Positions 50,495 through 61,729 of a stretch of DNA of 64,000 nt are shown piece by piece. The notes under the pieces were generated by a model. That model made no database searches. It worked only from the letters and a program-made list of their open reading frames with translations, and had not been told where the DNA came from. The stretch comes from Terriglobia bacterium (GTDB lineage Bacteria > Acidobacteriota > Terriglobia > 2-12-FULL-54-10). Position 1 is the first letter of the stretch, and each line of letters opens with the position of its first letter. A program made the translations under genes and the position numbers. The stretch covers positions 2,208,001-2,272,000 of the forward strand of contig CAXVYR010000004.1 in the NCBI GenBank assembly GCA_963666975.2, given 5' to 3'.

Positions 50495-52402
50495 TTACTC
50501 CACGGCCAGGGTCAGGCCGGGCTGGCTGCTGGCGTTGCCGATGGTGAGCGTTACCGGAACGGCGACACCGGGAACTACACCAGCAGGAATCCGCGCATTG
50601 ACCTGTAACAGTCCCGCAAGGCCGGGAGCGGCGGCGGCAAACAGTATCTCCTCAGCCAGCAAGCCGCCGATCATCACAGACACCGGAAGAAGAGGCGGCG
50701 GGAAAGGTTCTTCTGCCAGCTTGCCGTCTATCCCGGCAGGATTGGTTTGTCCTTCTCCTGTGGCATAGAACACCACGATGGAATCTCTCGGCGCGGGGTT
50801 GGCGGATGAGTTGAGCGTCATGTCCTGGTTGAAGATCACTCCCTGGCCTGTTCCGCCGGCCAGGGCGAAGATGGCCGGGGCGCTCTCGGTGACCGGCAGC
50901 GTCACCGGGTTCGTCGGTACCCCCTTGTAGTGAACTTGCATGGCGGTGCTGGTTTGTCCCGCTACGGCGTAAGGAACCTGGGCGTTGATTTGATCGGTCC
51001 GGACAAAAAACAGCGGGGCCGGGACGCCGTCAAACAGCACCAACGTTTCGGCTAACAAGCTGTCCACACGCCCGAAGGAGTCCAGACGGGTGCCTACTCC
51101 CTGGCTGGGCCCGATGCTCGACCCGAATATGCTCGCGATCTGGCCGGGAGCAACCGGCGTAGGAAGGAAGCTGGCGGCATTGACCACGCCCCCGGCATTC
51201 ACGGCAGGCTGGGGCGCGCCGGGCTCAACGATCCGCCAGACGCTGCCGCCGAGGTCCACCACATAGACCTCGCCGTTGTCGTCTTCCCCGAACGAGCTGA
51301 TCGAAAGTCCGGTCGCCAGCAGTTGTTCTCTTTGCCACTGGCCGGGCGAGACCTCCGTCAGCGCCCATAGGCGCCCTGAGCCGAAGTCGGCAAATACGTA
51401 TTTCCCCCATAGCGAAGGGGCGGAAGGTCCCCGATAGACATAGCCTCCAGTGACCGAGAAACCGAGGCCCCGGCCGTATTCGTCGATGGGAAGAATCAGG
51501 CCAGCCGTGTTGCAGTTGCTGGAGGGAGAAAAGCACAGCGTGCCCTCCATGGTATTCCAGCCGTAGTTGCCGCCTTTGACAATGACATCCACCTCCTCCC
51601 GGCTGTTCTGGCCCACATCGGCTGCGAACAAGCGGCTCGTCATGCGGTCGAAGGAAAAACGCCAGGGATTGCGGAGGCCGTAGGCCCAGACCTCAGCGCG
51701 TCCCGGTGATCCTACAAAAGGGTTGTCGGGCGGCACGGCGAACAGGCTGCCGGAACCGGCGTCGAGATCAATATCAATTCGCAGGATTTTGCCCAGCAGC
51801 GTTTCCAGGTTTTGGCCGTTGCCCTGCGGATCGCCGCCCGATCCGCCGTCCCCGGTTCCGATGTAAAGAAAACCGTCCGGCCCGAAGGCAATCATCCCGC
51901 CATTGTGGTTGGAGAAGGGCTGCCCAAAGCTGAGAAGAATCTGTTCCGACGCCGGAAGGGCCAGATTGGCGTTTCCCGGCGAGACGGCGAATTCCGCTAC
52001 CACTGTCTCAAGACCTCCCGGACCGTCGCGGGTATAGTTGACAAAGAAGCGCCCGTTGACAGGGTAGCTTGGATGGAAGGCCAGCCCCAGCAGTCCGCGC
52101 TCGCCGCCGAAGCGCACACGGCCGGAGATATCGAGAAAGGGCGTGTCGGGTAATTCGCCGCCGGAAAGAATTCGAATGCGGCCCGCTTGTTCCACAATAA
52201 ACAACCGCCCGCTCCCGTCCCCGGCCGAGGTGAGATAGAGCGGAGAGGAGAGTCCGTCTGCCACAGGTTGGAGTTCGATGGCCGCTGCGGCATCGCCTGC
52301 CGCTGTGGTGAGCGAAATCAACACCAGCCAAAGGAGGGAGCGCGCGCAAGTAGAGCGGGAATGTATCGCAGACCTCAATTCCGCGTTTAGTTCACTGACC
52401 AA
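50495..52402 (-). CDS. PQQ-dependent sugar dehydrogenase (GSDH) fused to a TIGR03437-type acidobacterial C-terminal domain
   Basis: GERGLLGLAFHP, NHNGG, YGLRNPWR; C-terminal VVNAASF..APGQIASIFG..QINAQVP..GLLQVN. Confidence 0.88.
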   Translation of the reverse strand: MVSELNAELRSAIHSRSTCARSLLWLVLISLTTAAGDAAAAIELQPVADGLSSPLYLTSAGDGSGRLFIVEQAGRIRILSGGELPDTPFLDISGRVRFGGERGLLGLAFHPSYPVNGRFFVNYTRDGPGGLETVVAEFAVSPGNANLALPASEQILLSFGQPFSNHNGGMIAFGPDGFLYIGTGDGGSGGDPQGNGQNLETLLGKILRIDIDLDAGSGSLFAVPPDNPFVGSPGRAEVWAYGLRNPWRFSFDRMTSRLFAADVGQNSREEVDVIVKGGNYGWNTMEGTLCFSPSSNCNTAGLILPIDEYGRGLGFSVTGGYVYRGPSAPSLWGKYVFADFGSGRLWALTEVSPGQWQREQLLATGLSISSFGEDDNGEVYVVDLGGSVWRIVEPGAPQPAVNAGGVVNAASFLPTPVAPGQIASIFGSSIGPSQGVGTRLDSFGRVDSLLAETLVLFDGVPAPLFFVRTDQINAQVPYAVAGQTSTAMQVHYKGVPTNPVTLPVTESAPAIFALAGGTGQGVIFNQDMTLNSSANPAPRDSIVVFYATGEGQTNPAGIDGKLAEEPFPPPLLPVSVMIGGLLAEEILFAAAAPGLAGLLQVNARIPAGVVPGVAVPVTLTIGNASSQPGLTLAVE

Positions 52403-52480
52403 GCTTTGTGTTCCTCTTCATAATATATCGATTCTAGGCCGCACGGGTCTCGATTCCGAGTTGATACTGCAAGACCCTTG

Positions 52481-52508
52481 TTGACACTATAAAACTAGGG
52501 AGTAGAAT
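52481..52508 (+). promoter_or_regulatory. Sigma70-type promoter for the ADH gene
   Basis: TTGACA-16 nt-TAGAAT. Confidence 0.55.
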
Positions 52509-52592
52509 CTTCCCTCGGTCGGAAAGTCACATTACCGGGAGGGCTAGGTATTGATTTTCCCCTGCGGCTTTTCTGCCCGGAGGTTGTTCGCC

Positions 52593-52661
52593 GAGACAGG
52601 TAAATAGCGAGACAGGTAAACAGAAAGATTAGGTAAAAAGAAAGCTAGGTAAACAGAAAGA
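52593..52661 (+). repeat. ~16-bp degenerate repeat x4 with an AGGTAAA core in the ADH leader
   Basis: AGGTAAA at 52598, 52614, 52631 and 52647. Confidence 0.8.
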
Positions 52662-52674
52662 CGGGAGGGTATTG

Positions 52675-53796
52675 GTGGCAGAGTTACCCAAAAAAAGCAG
52701 GGCGGCGGTACTGAAGGCTCCTCGCGAGCGGGTGGAGATCCGCGAGATTGAGATACTGCCTCCCGAGCCGGGAGCCATTGTCGTCCAAGTGGAGGCGGCG
52801 ACCGTTTGCGGCACCGACGTCCACATCTGGCAGGGCGACCTGGTGCCGGAATGGCCCGTCGGCATGGGCCATGAGATGGTAGGCCGCATCGCCGCGCTCG
52901 GCAAGGGGGTGGTGCGCGATGCCGGCGATCAGCCCTTGCATGAAGGCGACCGGATCGTGTGGGCCTATGCATGGTGCGGGAAGTGCTACTACTGCACAGT
53001 CGCCCGCCAGCCCTCCCTATGCCCCTACGCGAACAAGAATGGATGGCGCAGCGCGGAAAAGTACCCTTATCTGTGCGGCGGCTTTGCCGACTATTGCTAC
53101 GTCCTGCCGGAATGCCGGCCGGTTCGCGTCCCCGACGATGTGGACGCCAGAGTGGCCGCCTCGGCGACCTGCGCCCTGCGGACCGTGGTCCACGGCTTTG
53201 AGCGTCTGCACGCCATGGGTGGCCTCGGCGTACAGCCCACGGTGGTTGTGCTGGGGACGGGCCCGGTGGGGCTCTATGCGGTGGCCATGAGCATCGCTTC
53301 CGGGGCGGGACAGACCATCAGCATCGGCGCGCCCGCTGCCAGGGTTGATCTCGCCCAAAAATGGGGCGCCGCCCGCACCATCAACCTGGAAGAGGTCGCC
53401 GACCCGCGCGAGCGCATTGAGATGGTCAAGCAGTGGACCGGAGGCCGTGGCGCGGATATCGTGATTGAGGCTGCCGGACCTGCAGCGGCTTTCCAGGAAG
53501 GGCTGGAGATGATCCGCCGCGGAGGACAGTATCTGGTCATCGGGCAGACATCCAAACAAACCATCGAGTTCTCTCCGCGCAGGATCAATCTGGACATGCT
53601 GCAGATCGTCGGGGTCCTCTCCGCGCACGTGGAGCACTTCTACAAGGCCATTGAGTTTCTGAAGAACAACCGGGACCGGTTCCGCTTTGACGATATGATC
53701 ACCAACACCTATCCGCTGGAACAAGTGAACGAGGCGCTGGAGTCGATGGCGGCGCTGCGGGAGATCAAGCCGGCGATTGTCCCTGCGCTCGGGTAG
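52675..53796 (+). CDS. Zn-dependent alcohol dehydrogenase (MDR family)
   Basis: CGTD, GHE, CGKCYYC..C structural Zn site, GTGPVG. Confidence 0.93.
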   Translation: MAELPKKSRAAVLKAPRERVEIREIEILPPEPGAIVVQVEAATVCGTDVHIWQGDLVPEWPVGMGHEMVGRIAALGKGVVRDAGDQPLHEGDRIVWAYAWCGKCYYCTVARQPSLCPYANKNGWRSAEKYPYLCGGFADYCYVLPECRPVRVPDDVDARVAASATCALRTVVHGFERLHAMGGLGVQPTVVVLGTGPVGLYAVAMSIASGAGQTISIGAPAARVDLAQKWGAARTINLEEVADPRERIEMVKQWTGGRGADIVIEAAGPAAAFQEGLEMIRRGGQYLVIGQTSKQTIEFSPRRINLDMLQIVGVLSAHVEHFYKAIEFLKNNRDRFRFDDMITNTYPLEQVNEALESMAALREIKPAIVPALG

Positions 53797-53847
53797 CGGC
53801 GAGGCGGCATTGGAGATGAAAGGAATTTGGAGAGGAGGGAGGCGAGT

Positions 53848-54603
53848 ATGTCATTCACGGAGAAGGGTGTCCAGGAGGAACTGGCGGGGTTGATGGATGT
53901 CTTTACGGGAGCTGTGTATCGGGTGGCGTGGGCGTATTCGGAGCGGAGAAACCGCGACCGGGATATTTATTGGCTGGCTTTGCAGGCCACCAAAGAATAT
54001 GGCGCGATGGTCTACCACTCCCGTGTAATGTTCCGCAAGGCAAAGGAGATGGACGCGCTCGACAGCATCCAGAAGTCCAGCGCCGACAGCTTTGAGGAGG
54101 CCGAGCATTACTGGGGTTACATGAAGATTCTGGATTGGTATCTGGAAGGCAAGCCTTGCGAAGTGCCGGAGATGTGGGGCTATGGAGATTTTACCGAAGC
54201 ACTCGGGCCGGGGCCGGGCATGAAAAAATCCCTCTGGCCGGAGAGTCACTGCTATTTTGATCTGGCCCAGCAGCAGATGCAGCAGACTCGCTCCCCCTGG
54301 GTCCAGAGGGTGATCGCCACCAACATTGAAGGGGCGGCGGTGGGCTTCCACTACGTGATGACGAAGCTTTCCGTGACCGATGAATTCACCGAGCGATTTA
54401 TCCGGCACGAGCGCACCGTCGTCCAAGACGAGTTGCACCACGGCCCCGAATTGATTCAGGAACTGGCCAAAACCCTGGAATCACAGGAAGAGTTGGAAGA
54501 GGCCAAACAGAAAGTCACCGAGCTGCGCGTGCAGGAGTTGCGCCAACGCAACGAGCAGTTCCTGCATCCTTTGACAGAGGCGGAGATGAATCAGCTCGAG
54601 TAG
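53848..54603 (+). CDS. Hypothetical helical protein with ferritin-like di-metal motifs
   Basis: Strong RBS; KEY..EEAEH and NIEG..DELHH motifs. Confidence 0.65.
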   Translation: MSFTEKGVQEELAGLMDVFTGAVYRVAWAYSERRNRDRDIYWLALQATKEYGAMVYHSRVMFRKAKEMDALDSIQKSSADSFEEAEHYWGYMKILDWYLEGKPCEVPEMWGYGDFTEALGPGPGMKKSLWPESHCYFDLAQQQMQQTRSPWVQRVIATNIEGAAVGFHYVMTKLSVTDEFTERFIRHERTVVQDELHHGPELIQELAKTLESQEELEEAKQKVTELRVQELRQRNEQFLHPLTEAEMNQLE

Positions 54604-54643
54604 GATTTTCGCCAAAGGCGGATCGAACCCATTCCCTTGTTCT

Positions 54644-55672
54644 CTACGGGGGTAGCGACGTAGCGGCTGCATCCGGCTCGTGGAAGTAGCCGGGGCGGGT
54701 GCGCACCGTCAACTTTCCTCTCTTTGCAGCCCGCACCTTCACCTGGATAGAGCGAAATCCGGGTTTCGATCCGGAAGGGACGGGATAGGCCAGCACATAT
54801 TGATTTCGGATATCGCGGGCGATGCCGCCCGCCACGGCCGCTACCTGATGCAGGCTGGCGGGGAAGTAAGCCTCTCCGCCGGAAACTTCGGCGATCGCTT
54901 GGAGCATTTTCTCTGCGTTGCGCCGCGCACGCGACCGCTGCTGGCTCAAGATGCCGATGGCGTAGACGGTGACATCGGCCTTTTGCAGGCGGACCAGCAG
55001 GTCCTGGAGCTCGAAGCTGCTGGCGTCGTCCTCTCCATCGGTGATGGCCAGCAGAACTTTTTTGTCCCGGCTTGCTTGGAGTGAATGTTCCACTGCCAGA
55101 TAGAGCGAATCGACCAGCGCCGTCCCTCCCCACATCCGGACTTCGGACAAGCCCCGCTCCAGGGCGGCAATATCGCTGGTATAGTCCTGCGCCAGTTCCG
55201 GGGTGTCCCGGAAGTTCAGGATGAAGACTTCGTCCTCCGGGTTGCTGGCCCTCACAAGCTGCAACGCCGCAGCGTTTACAGAAGCGCGCTTGTCGATCAT
55301 GCTGGCGCTCGAGTCCATCACGATGCCCATCGAGACGGGGATGTCGCGGTTGGAGAACTGCGTTACGCGCTGCTCGTTCCCGTCCTGAAAAACCTGGAAA
55401 GCTTCCTGCGGCAGGCCCGTTACCAGACGGCGGTTGCGGTCGTGCACCGTGGCATGCAGAACCACCAAGTTAACTTGAGTCTTAAAGAGGGCTTCTGCGG
55501 TGGCCGCCGTGTCATTGCCAGATTGGGGGCCAGAATGGGGGGCAGTAGAGGCAGGGGCGGATTGCTGACGGCGCGGTGCCGCCAGCGCCGTGACCAAAAG
55601 CAGCAGCCCGGCAACAACGGTCAGCCTGCCCAGTGTCCCCGGCACCTGAATAAGACGTCGGTTTTCCTGCAT
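54644..55672 (-). CDS. Acidobacterial VWFA-domain protein (TIGR03436-like)
   Basis: VNLVVLHATVHD, MIDAS DSSASM, GGTAL, ITDGED, SGG, RNQYVLAY, VRTRPGY. Confidence 0.88.
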   Translation of the reverse strand: MQENRRLIQVPGTLGRLTVVAGLLLLVTALAAPRRQQSAPASTAPHSGPQSGNDTAATAEALFKTQVNLVVLHATVHDRNRRLVTGLPQEAFQVFQDGNEQRVTQFSNRDIPVSMGIVMDSSASMIDKRASVNAAALQLVRASNPEDEVFILNFRDTPELAQDYTSDIAALERGLSEVRMWGGTALVDSLYLAVEHSLQASRDKKVLLAITDGEDDASSFELQDLLVRLQKADVTVYAIGILSQQRSRARRNAEKMLQAIAEVSGGEAYFPASLHQVAAVAGGIARDIRNQYVLAYPVPSGSKPGFRSIQVKVRAAKRGKLTVRTRPGYFHEPDAAATSLPP

Positions 55673-55939
55673 CGGCTTACCTTATCTGCAAAAGTTCTCA
55701 TCCCGCAACTAGATCCGGCAACCAGATTCCATAACCGGTCGGGATAAAGCGAACACGGCCTGAGCTTCCAAAATTGACATACACGGCCAACAGTGTGCAA
55801 GGGTTAGCCGTATGCTCCCAGTCCACTGAAAAGTTCCCCCCATTCAGAAATACTGTTCGCAGGATTCACTATCCGCTGGCGGCAGGCGGCGCGGACGCGG
55901 TGGAACCAGGACCGGCGACGACGCGCGACCGGAAGGCGA

Positions 55940-56104
55940 CTAGGCGTCGGAGAGGTCTTCTTGTGGTTCGGAATCTTCCTGTGGCTCGGATTCTCCCATC
56001 TCGCTTGTTTCGAAGATCTCTTTGCAGTCCAGGCATTCGACAAACTCGCCATTGTCGTCATGGGCGATTACCTGGAGGCGAGCATGGTTGCAAGAGGGTT
56101 TCAT
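55940..56104 (-). CDS. Small CxH...CxxC metal-binding protein (54 aa), missed by the ORF track
   Basis: MKPSCNHARLQVIAHDDNGEFVECLDCKEIFETSEMGESEPQEDSEPQEDLSDA*. Confidence 0.7.
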   Translation of the reverse strand: MKPSCNHARLQVIAHDDNGEFVECLDCKEIFETSEMGESEPQEDSEPQEDLSDA

Positions 56105-56421
56105 CGGTCAGTTCTCTTTATCGCCGGCGAAGACGGCTTGACGCTCCCAACCGGCAGTTCGGCAAAGAAGATTTTCCGCAGGGCGCGCAGCGCCAAGGAG
56201 CAAACGGAGAGTGGTGTTCCGTGTGGTCACCATAGCTAAGAGAGAATGGCGGTACCAAAACAGCCTTTGTCCTCTGTCCTCCAGGAAATTTTCTAAAAAC
56301 AGCGGGTGATTTGTCAAGCGGTTCGAGGCGGGCGGCAGTGGGGTTTTGCAATCTCGGCGGGCCAAAAGGAAATAATGGTGATGAACTAGAGCGTTTTCAC
56401 AGTGGGTGTAAATCACAACGC

Positions 56422-56544
56422 GCTGTCATACCGAGCCCCTTCGCTGTCATCATGAGGAACCTTTCGACTGCGCCCAGGGTAAACTCCGCGACGAAGGATC
56501 TGCTTTCCCCGCTCAGGGCAGGCGCGGCGAGGAATCTGTTTTTC
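56422..56544. repeat. Nested palindromic intergenic repeats (GTCAT..GAG / GA(A/G)GATCT family)
   Basis: GCTGTCATACCGAGC, GCTGTCATCATGAGG, CTTTCGACTGCGCCCAGGGT, GAAGGATCTG, GCTCAGGGCAGGC, GAGGAATCTG. Confidence 0.6.
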
Positions 56545-56601
56545 CGCCGGGATAAGGACCAATCCCAGGCACTGCTTCACTCATCAACCGGGCGATTACA
56601 A

Positions 56602-56700
56602 AATCTTGACTTATTTGTATACATTCCATAAGTTGGTTTCAGGATATAGAAAAGAGGAACACATTTCAATCTTGACAGAATTGTATAGATTATATAGTAT
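56602..56700 (+). promoter_or_regulatory. suf promoter region with two operator-like boxes
   Basis: AATCTTGAC-N4-TTGTATAnATT at 56602-56625 and 56668-56691; TTGACA-17-TAGTAT (56672-56700). Confidence 0.7.
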
Positions 56701-56738
56701 GCCACTGAGAGAAGGCTTTTCAGCCTATAGGAGGACCC

Positions 56739-58187
<1,449 letters not shown>

Positions 58188-58212
58188 TTCCAAACGCACG
58201 ACGAGAAACCAT

Positions 58213-58998
58213 ATGCTATCGATCCGAAACCTGCATGCCCGTGTAAGCGGCCGGGAAATCCTGCGAGGAATTGATCTCGAGGTCAAGGCGGGAGAAGTCC
58301 ACGCCATTATGGGCCCGAACGGCTCCGGCAAGAGCACGCTGGCGCAGGTGCTGGCTGGGCGGGACACTTACGAAGTCACGGCTGGCGAGGTGGTCTTTGA
58401 GAAACACAACCTGGAAAAACAGGACCTGCTGGCGATGAAGCCGGAGGACCGCGCGCGGGAAGGAATCTTCATGGCGTTTCAGTATCCGGTGGAGATTCCC
58501 GGCGTCAGCAATATGTATTTCCTGAGGGCGGCGCTCAATGCCACCCGCAAGCACCGCGGGCAGGAGGAGTTGGACGCGGTGGATTTCCTGGATGTGGTCG
58601 GCAAGAAGATGAAGGCGCTCGCAATGGATTCCGATTTCCGGGAGCGGCAAGTCAACGTGGGATTTTCGGGCGGAGAGAAGAAGCGCAACGAGATTTTCCA
58701 GATGGCGGTGCTGGAGCCGAAGCTTGCCCTGCTCGATGAAACCGACTCGGGGCTCGATATCGACGCCTTGAAGGTGGTGGCCAAAGGCGTCAACGCCATG
58801 CGCAGTCCGGAACGGGCCATTATCGTCATCACGCACTACCAGCGCCTGCTCGACTACATCGTCCCGGATTTCGTGCATGTGCTGTTAAACGGCCGGATTG
58901 CGAAGTCAGGGAGCAAGGAACTGGCGTTGGAACTGGAGCAGAAGGGCTACGCGGAATTGGAAGGCGCGGCTGAGAAGGCCCAGTCAGTGAGCATCTGA
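58213..58998 (+). CDS. sufC: Fe-S assembly ABC ATPase SufC
   Basis: GPNGSGKST, FSGGEKKRNE, LDETDSGLDID. Confidence 0.97.
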   Translation: MLSIRNLHARVSGREILRGIDLEVKAGEVHAIMGPNGSGKSTLAQVLAGRDTYEVTAGEVVFEKHNLEKQDLLAMKPEDRAREGIFMAFQYPVEIPGVSNMYFLRAALNATRKHRGQEELDAVDFLDVVGKKMKALAMDSDFRERQVNVGFSGGEKKRNEIFQMAVLEPKLALLDETDSGLDIDALKVVAKGVNAMRSPERAIIVITHYQRLLDYIVPDFVHVLLNGRIAKSGSKELALELEQKGYAELEGAAEKAQSVSI

Positions 58999-59015
58999 AA
59001 CAGAGGGGATTTGCG

Positions 59016-60446
59016 GTGACGGCAGCAATGGAACGGGATGTGAGGGAACAAAAAGTGCCAGGAAGAAGTTTGCCGGAACGAAATGAGAATGAACAGCAGG
59101 ATATTTTTATGGTGAGCTTTCGCGAGCTGGGAAAAAGGCTCGCCGGAAAGCAGCCCGCCTGGCTCAGCCGAATCCGCCGGGAGGCGATCGAGCGCTTCGC
59201 GGAACTTGGCTTTCCCACGACCCGGAATGAAGAATGGAAGTTCACTAGCGTCGCACCGCTTGCCAAAATTTCCTTCAGCCCGGCAGCGCAAGAATCCTTG
59301 GCGGGGTTCTCGAAAGACATGTCGCAAGAGTGGCTGGGAGAGGGCTTGCGCAACCGTCTGGTATTCGTCAACGGGCACTACTCTGAATCGCTTTCTTCCA
59401 TAGGGAATCTGCCGCGCGGGGTCCTGGGGGGCAGTCTGGCGGCTGCCCTCCAGCAGACCGATAGCCAGTTGGAGGCGCACCTGGCGCGCTATGCGAACTA
59501 CCGCAACCACGCTTTTGCGGCCCTGAACACGGCGCTCTGGGAAGATGGCGCCTATCTGCGGATTCCCCAAGGGACCGTCGTGGAAGAGCCGGTCCATGTG
59601 CTCTATATCTCGACCGCGGGAAAACAAGCCATCGTTTCCCATCCCCGCACCCTGGTCGTGGCGGACCGGGATGCGCAGGTGACTCTCATCGAGAGCTACG
59701 TTGGCTTGCCGGAGGGCGTCTGCTTTTCCAACGCCGTAACCGAGATTGTGGCCGGCGAAAACTCCGCCATCGACCATTACAAGCTGCAAAAGGAAAACGG
59801 GCAGTCCTTTCATGTTGCCATGCTTCAGGTGCATCAGGAACAGAGCGCGCGGGTTTCTTCCTGTTCCATTTCTCTCGACGGCGCCCTGGTTCGCAACGAT
59901 GTCAACGTGGCGCTCGATGCGGAAGGCGCCGAGTGCACCCTGAATGGCCTCTATATGGCGGGCGACCGGCAGCATGTGGACAACCACACGACCATTGACC
60001 ACGCCAAGCCGCACGGCACCAGCCGGCAGCTCTACAAGGGCATTCTGAGCGGCCGGGCCGCTGGAGTTTTCAACGGCAAGATCATTGTGCGGAAGGACGC
60101 GCAGAAGACCAACGCCGTCCAAAACAACAAGAACTTATTGTTGTCCGAGAACGCCGCTGTGAACACCAAGCCGCAGTTGGAAATTCTTGCCAACGACGTC
60201 CGATGCACCCACGGGGCGACCGTCGGCCAGATTGACCCGGAAGCGGTCTTCTACCTGCGTTCTCGCGGCATCGCACAGCAAGAGGCGCAGAACCTGCTGA
60301 CCTACGCCTTTGCCGGCGAGATCATCGAGCGCATCCGGCCCGAGCCGGTCCGGACGCAGGTGCAAAACGCTTTGTTCGCCCGTTTGTCCGCGACTACGTC
60401 TATAACTGCGTCTCTCACCCCGTCTCTCGGGGGGGAGGCCGTATGA
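59016..60446 (+). CDS. sufD: Fe-S assembly protein SufD
   Basis: FPTTRNEEWKFT, KPQLEILANDVRCTHGATVG, FYLRSRGI. Confidence 0.96.
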   Translation: MTAAMERDVREQKVPGRSLPERNENEQQDIFMVSFRELGKRLAGKQPAWLSRIRREAIERFAELGFPTTRNEEWKFTSVAPLAKISFSPAAQESLAGFSKDMSQEWLGEGLRNRLVFVNGHYSESLSSIGNLPRGVLGGSLAAALQQTDSQLEAHLARYANYRNHAFAALNTALWEDGAYLRIPQGTVVEEPVHVLYISTAGKQAIVSHPRTLVVADRDAQVTLIESYVGLPEGVCFSNAVTEIVAGENSAIDHYKLQKENGQSFHVAMLQVHQEQSARVSSCSISLDGALVRNDVNVALDAEGAECTLNGLYMAGDRQHVDNHTTIDHAKPHGTSRQLYKGILSGRAAGVFNGKIIVRKDAQKTNAVQNNKNLLLSENAAVNTKPQLEILANDVRCTHGATVGQIDPEAVFYLRSRGIAQQEAQNLLTYAFAGEIIERIRPEPVRTQVQNALFARLSATTSITASLTPSLGGEAV

Positions 60447-61729
60447 CGACTCCCGCAACCGCGAAAGACGCCGCTGCCGCCTCCGTAGCAACGCAGGAAA
60501 CGCCGTCGCGCGGGTTCGACGCCCAGAAAATCCGGGAAGACTTTCCCATCCTGAAGCAAACGGTTCATGGCAAGCCGCTCGTTTATCTGGACAACGCCGC
60601 CACCGCCCAGACACCGCAAACGGTCATCGATGCCATTGATCGGTTCTATCTAGCCCAGTGCGCCAACATTCATCGCGGGATTCATCTGTTGAGCGAGCGC
60701 TCGACGGCCGAGTACGAGGAGACCCGCGCGAAAGCACAGAGGTTTCTCGGGGCGGCGGAGACCTGGGAAATTGTTTTCGTCCGGGGGACCACCGAGGCCA
60801 TCAATCTGGTTGCCAGCAGTTACGGCCGGAAACACGTCGGAGCCGGAGACGAAATTCTCATCACGGCCATGGAGCACCACTCGAACATCGTTCCCTGGCA
60901 GTTGTTGTGCGAGGAAAAGGGAGCGGTGTTGCGCGTGGCGCCGATCAACGATGCCGGAGAACTGGTGCTGGATGAGTTTGAAAAGCTGCTGAATCGCCGG
61001 ACCCGTTTGGTCTCCGTAAGCCATGTTTCAAACGCCCTGGGGACCGTCAACCCGGTCGAGCGGATGATCGAGATGGCTCACGGAAAGGGCGTGCCGGTGA
61101 TGATCGACGGGGCCCAGGCCGCCCCGCACAGGAAGGTAAACGTCCAGGAGTTGGATTGCGACTTCTATGCTTTTTCCGGACACAAGCTCTATGGACCCAC
61201 CGGCATCGGCATCCTGTACGGCAAAGCCGGCCTGCTCGAGGCGATGCCTCCCTACCAGGGAGGCGGCGACATGATCCTCTCCGTTTCTTTTGAGAAAACG
61301 ACATACAACGCGCTGCCCTACAAGTTTGAAGCGGGGACACCGAACATCGCCGGGACGATTGGATTAGGCGCCGCAATCGATTACCTGAGCCATCTCGGCC
61401 TGGAACAGGCTGCCGCTTACGAACACGAGTTGCTGGCCTATGCCACGAAGAAAGTTTCCCAACTCCCCGGCTTGCGAATCATCGGAACCGCGCGGGAAAA
61501 GGCGAGCGTGCTCTCGTTTGTCATTGATGGAGTGCATCCGCACGATGCCGGCACCATCCTGGACCAGCAGGGCATCGCGGTGCGCGCCGGCCACCACTGC
61601 GCCATGCCGGTGATGGAGCGCTTCGGGATTGCGGCCACCACGCGGGCCTCGTTCGCCTTTTACAATACCACCGAAGAGGTGGACGCATTGGTGTCGGGAA
61701 TCGAAAAGGTCCGGGAGGTTTTTTCCTGA
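60443..61729 (+). CDS. sufS: Cysteine desulfurase SufS
   Basis: YLDNAAT, FSGHKLYGPTG, RAGHHCA. Confidence 0.97.
   Translation: MTTPATAKDAAAASVATQETPSRGFDAQKIREDFPILKQTVHGKPLVYLDNAATAQTPQTVIDAIDRFYLAQCANIHRGIHLLSERSTAEYEETRAKAQRFLGAAETWEIVFVRGTTEAINLVASSYGRKHVGAGDEILITAMEHHSNIVPWQLLCEEKGAVLRVAPINDAGELVLDEFEKLLNRRTRLVSVSHVSNALGTVNPVERMIEMAHGKGVPVMIDGAQAAPHRKVNVQELDCDFYAFSGHKLYGPTGIGILYGKAGLLEAMPPYQGGGDMILSVSFEKTTYNALPYKFEAGTPNIAGTIGLGAAIDYLSHLGLEQAAAYEHELLAYATKKVSQLPGLRIIGTAREKASVLSFVIDGVHPHDAGTILDQQGIAVRAGHHCAMPVMERFGIAATTRASFAFYNTTEEVDALVSGIEKVREVFS

Noticed and set aside
55961-56239. 92-aa plus-strand ORF
   Set aside because: Better explained by the 54-aa Cys-motif gene on the minus strand
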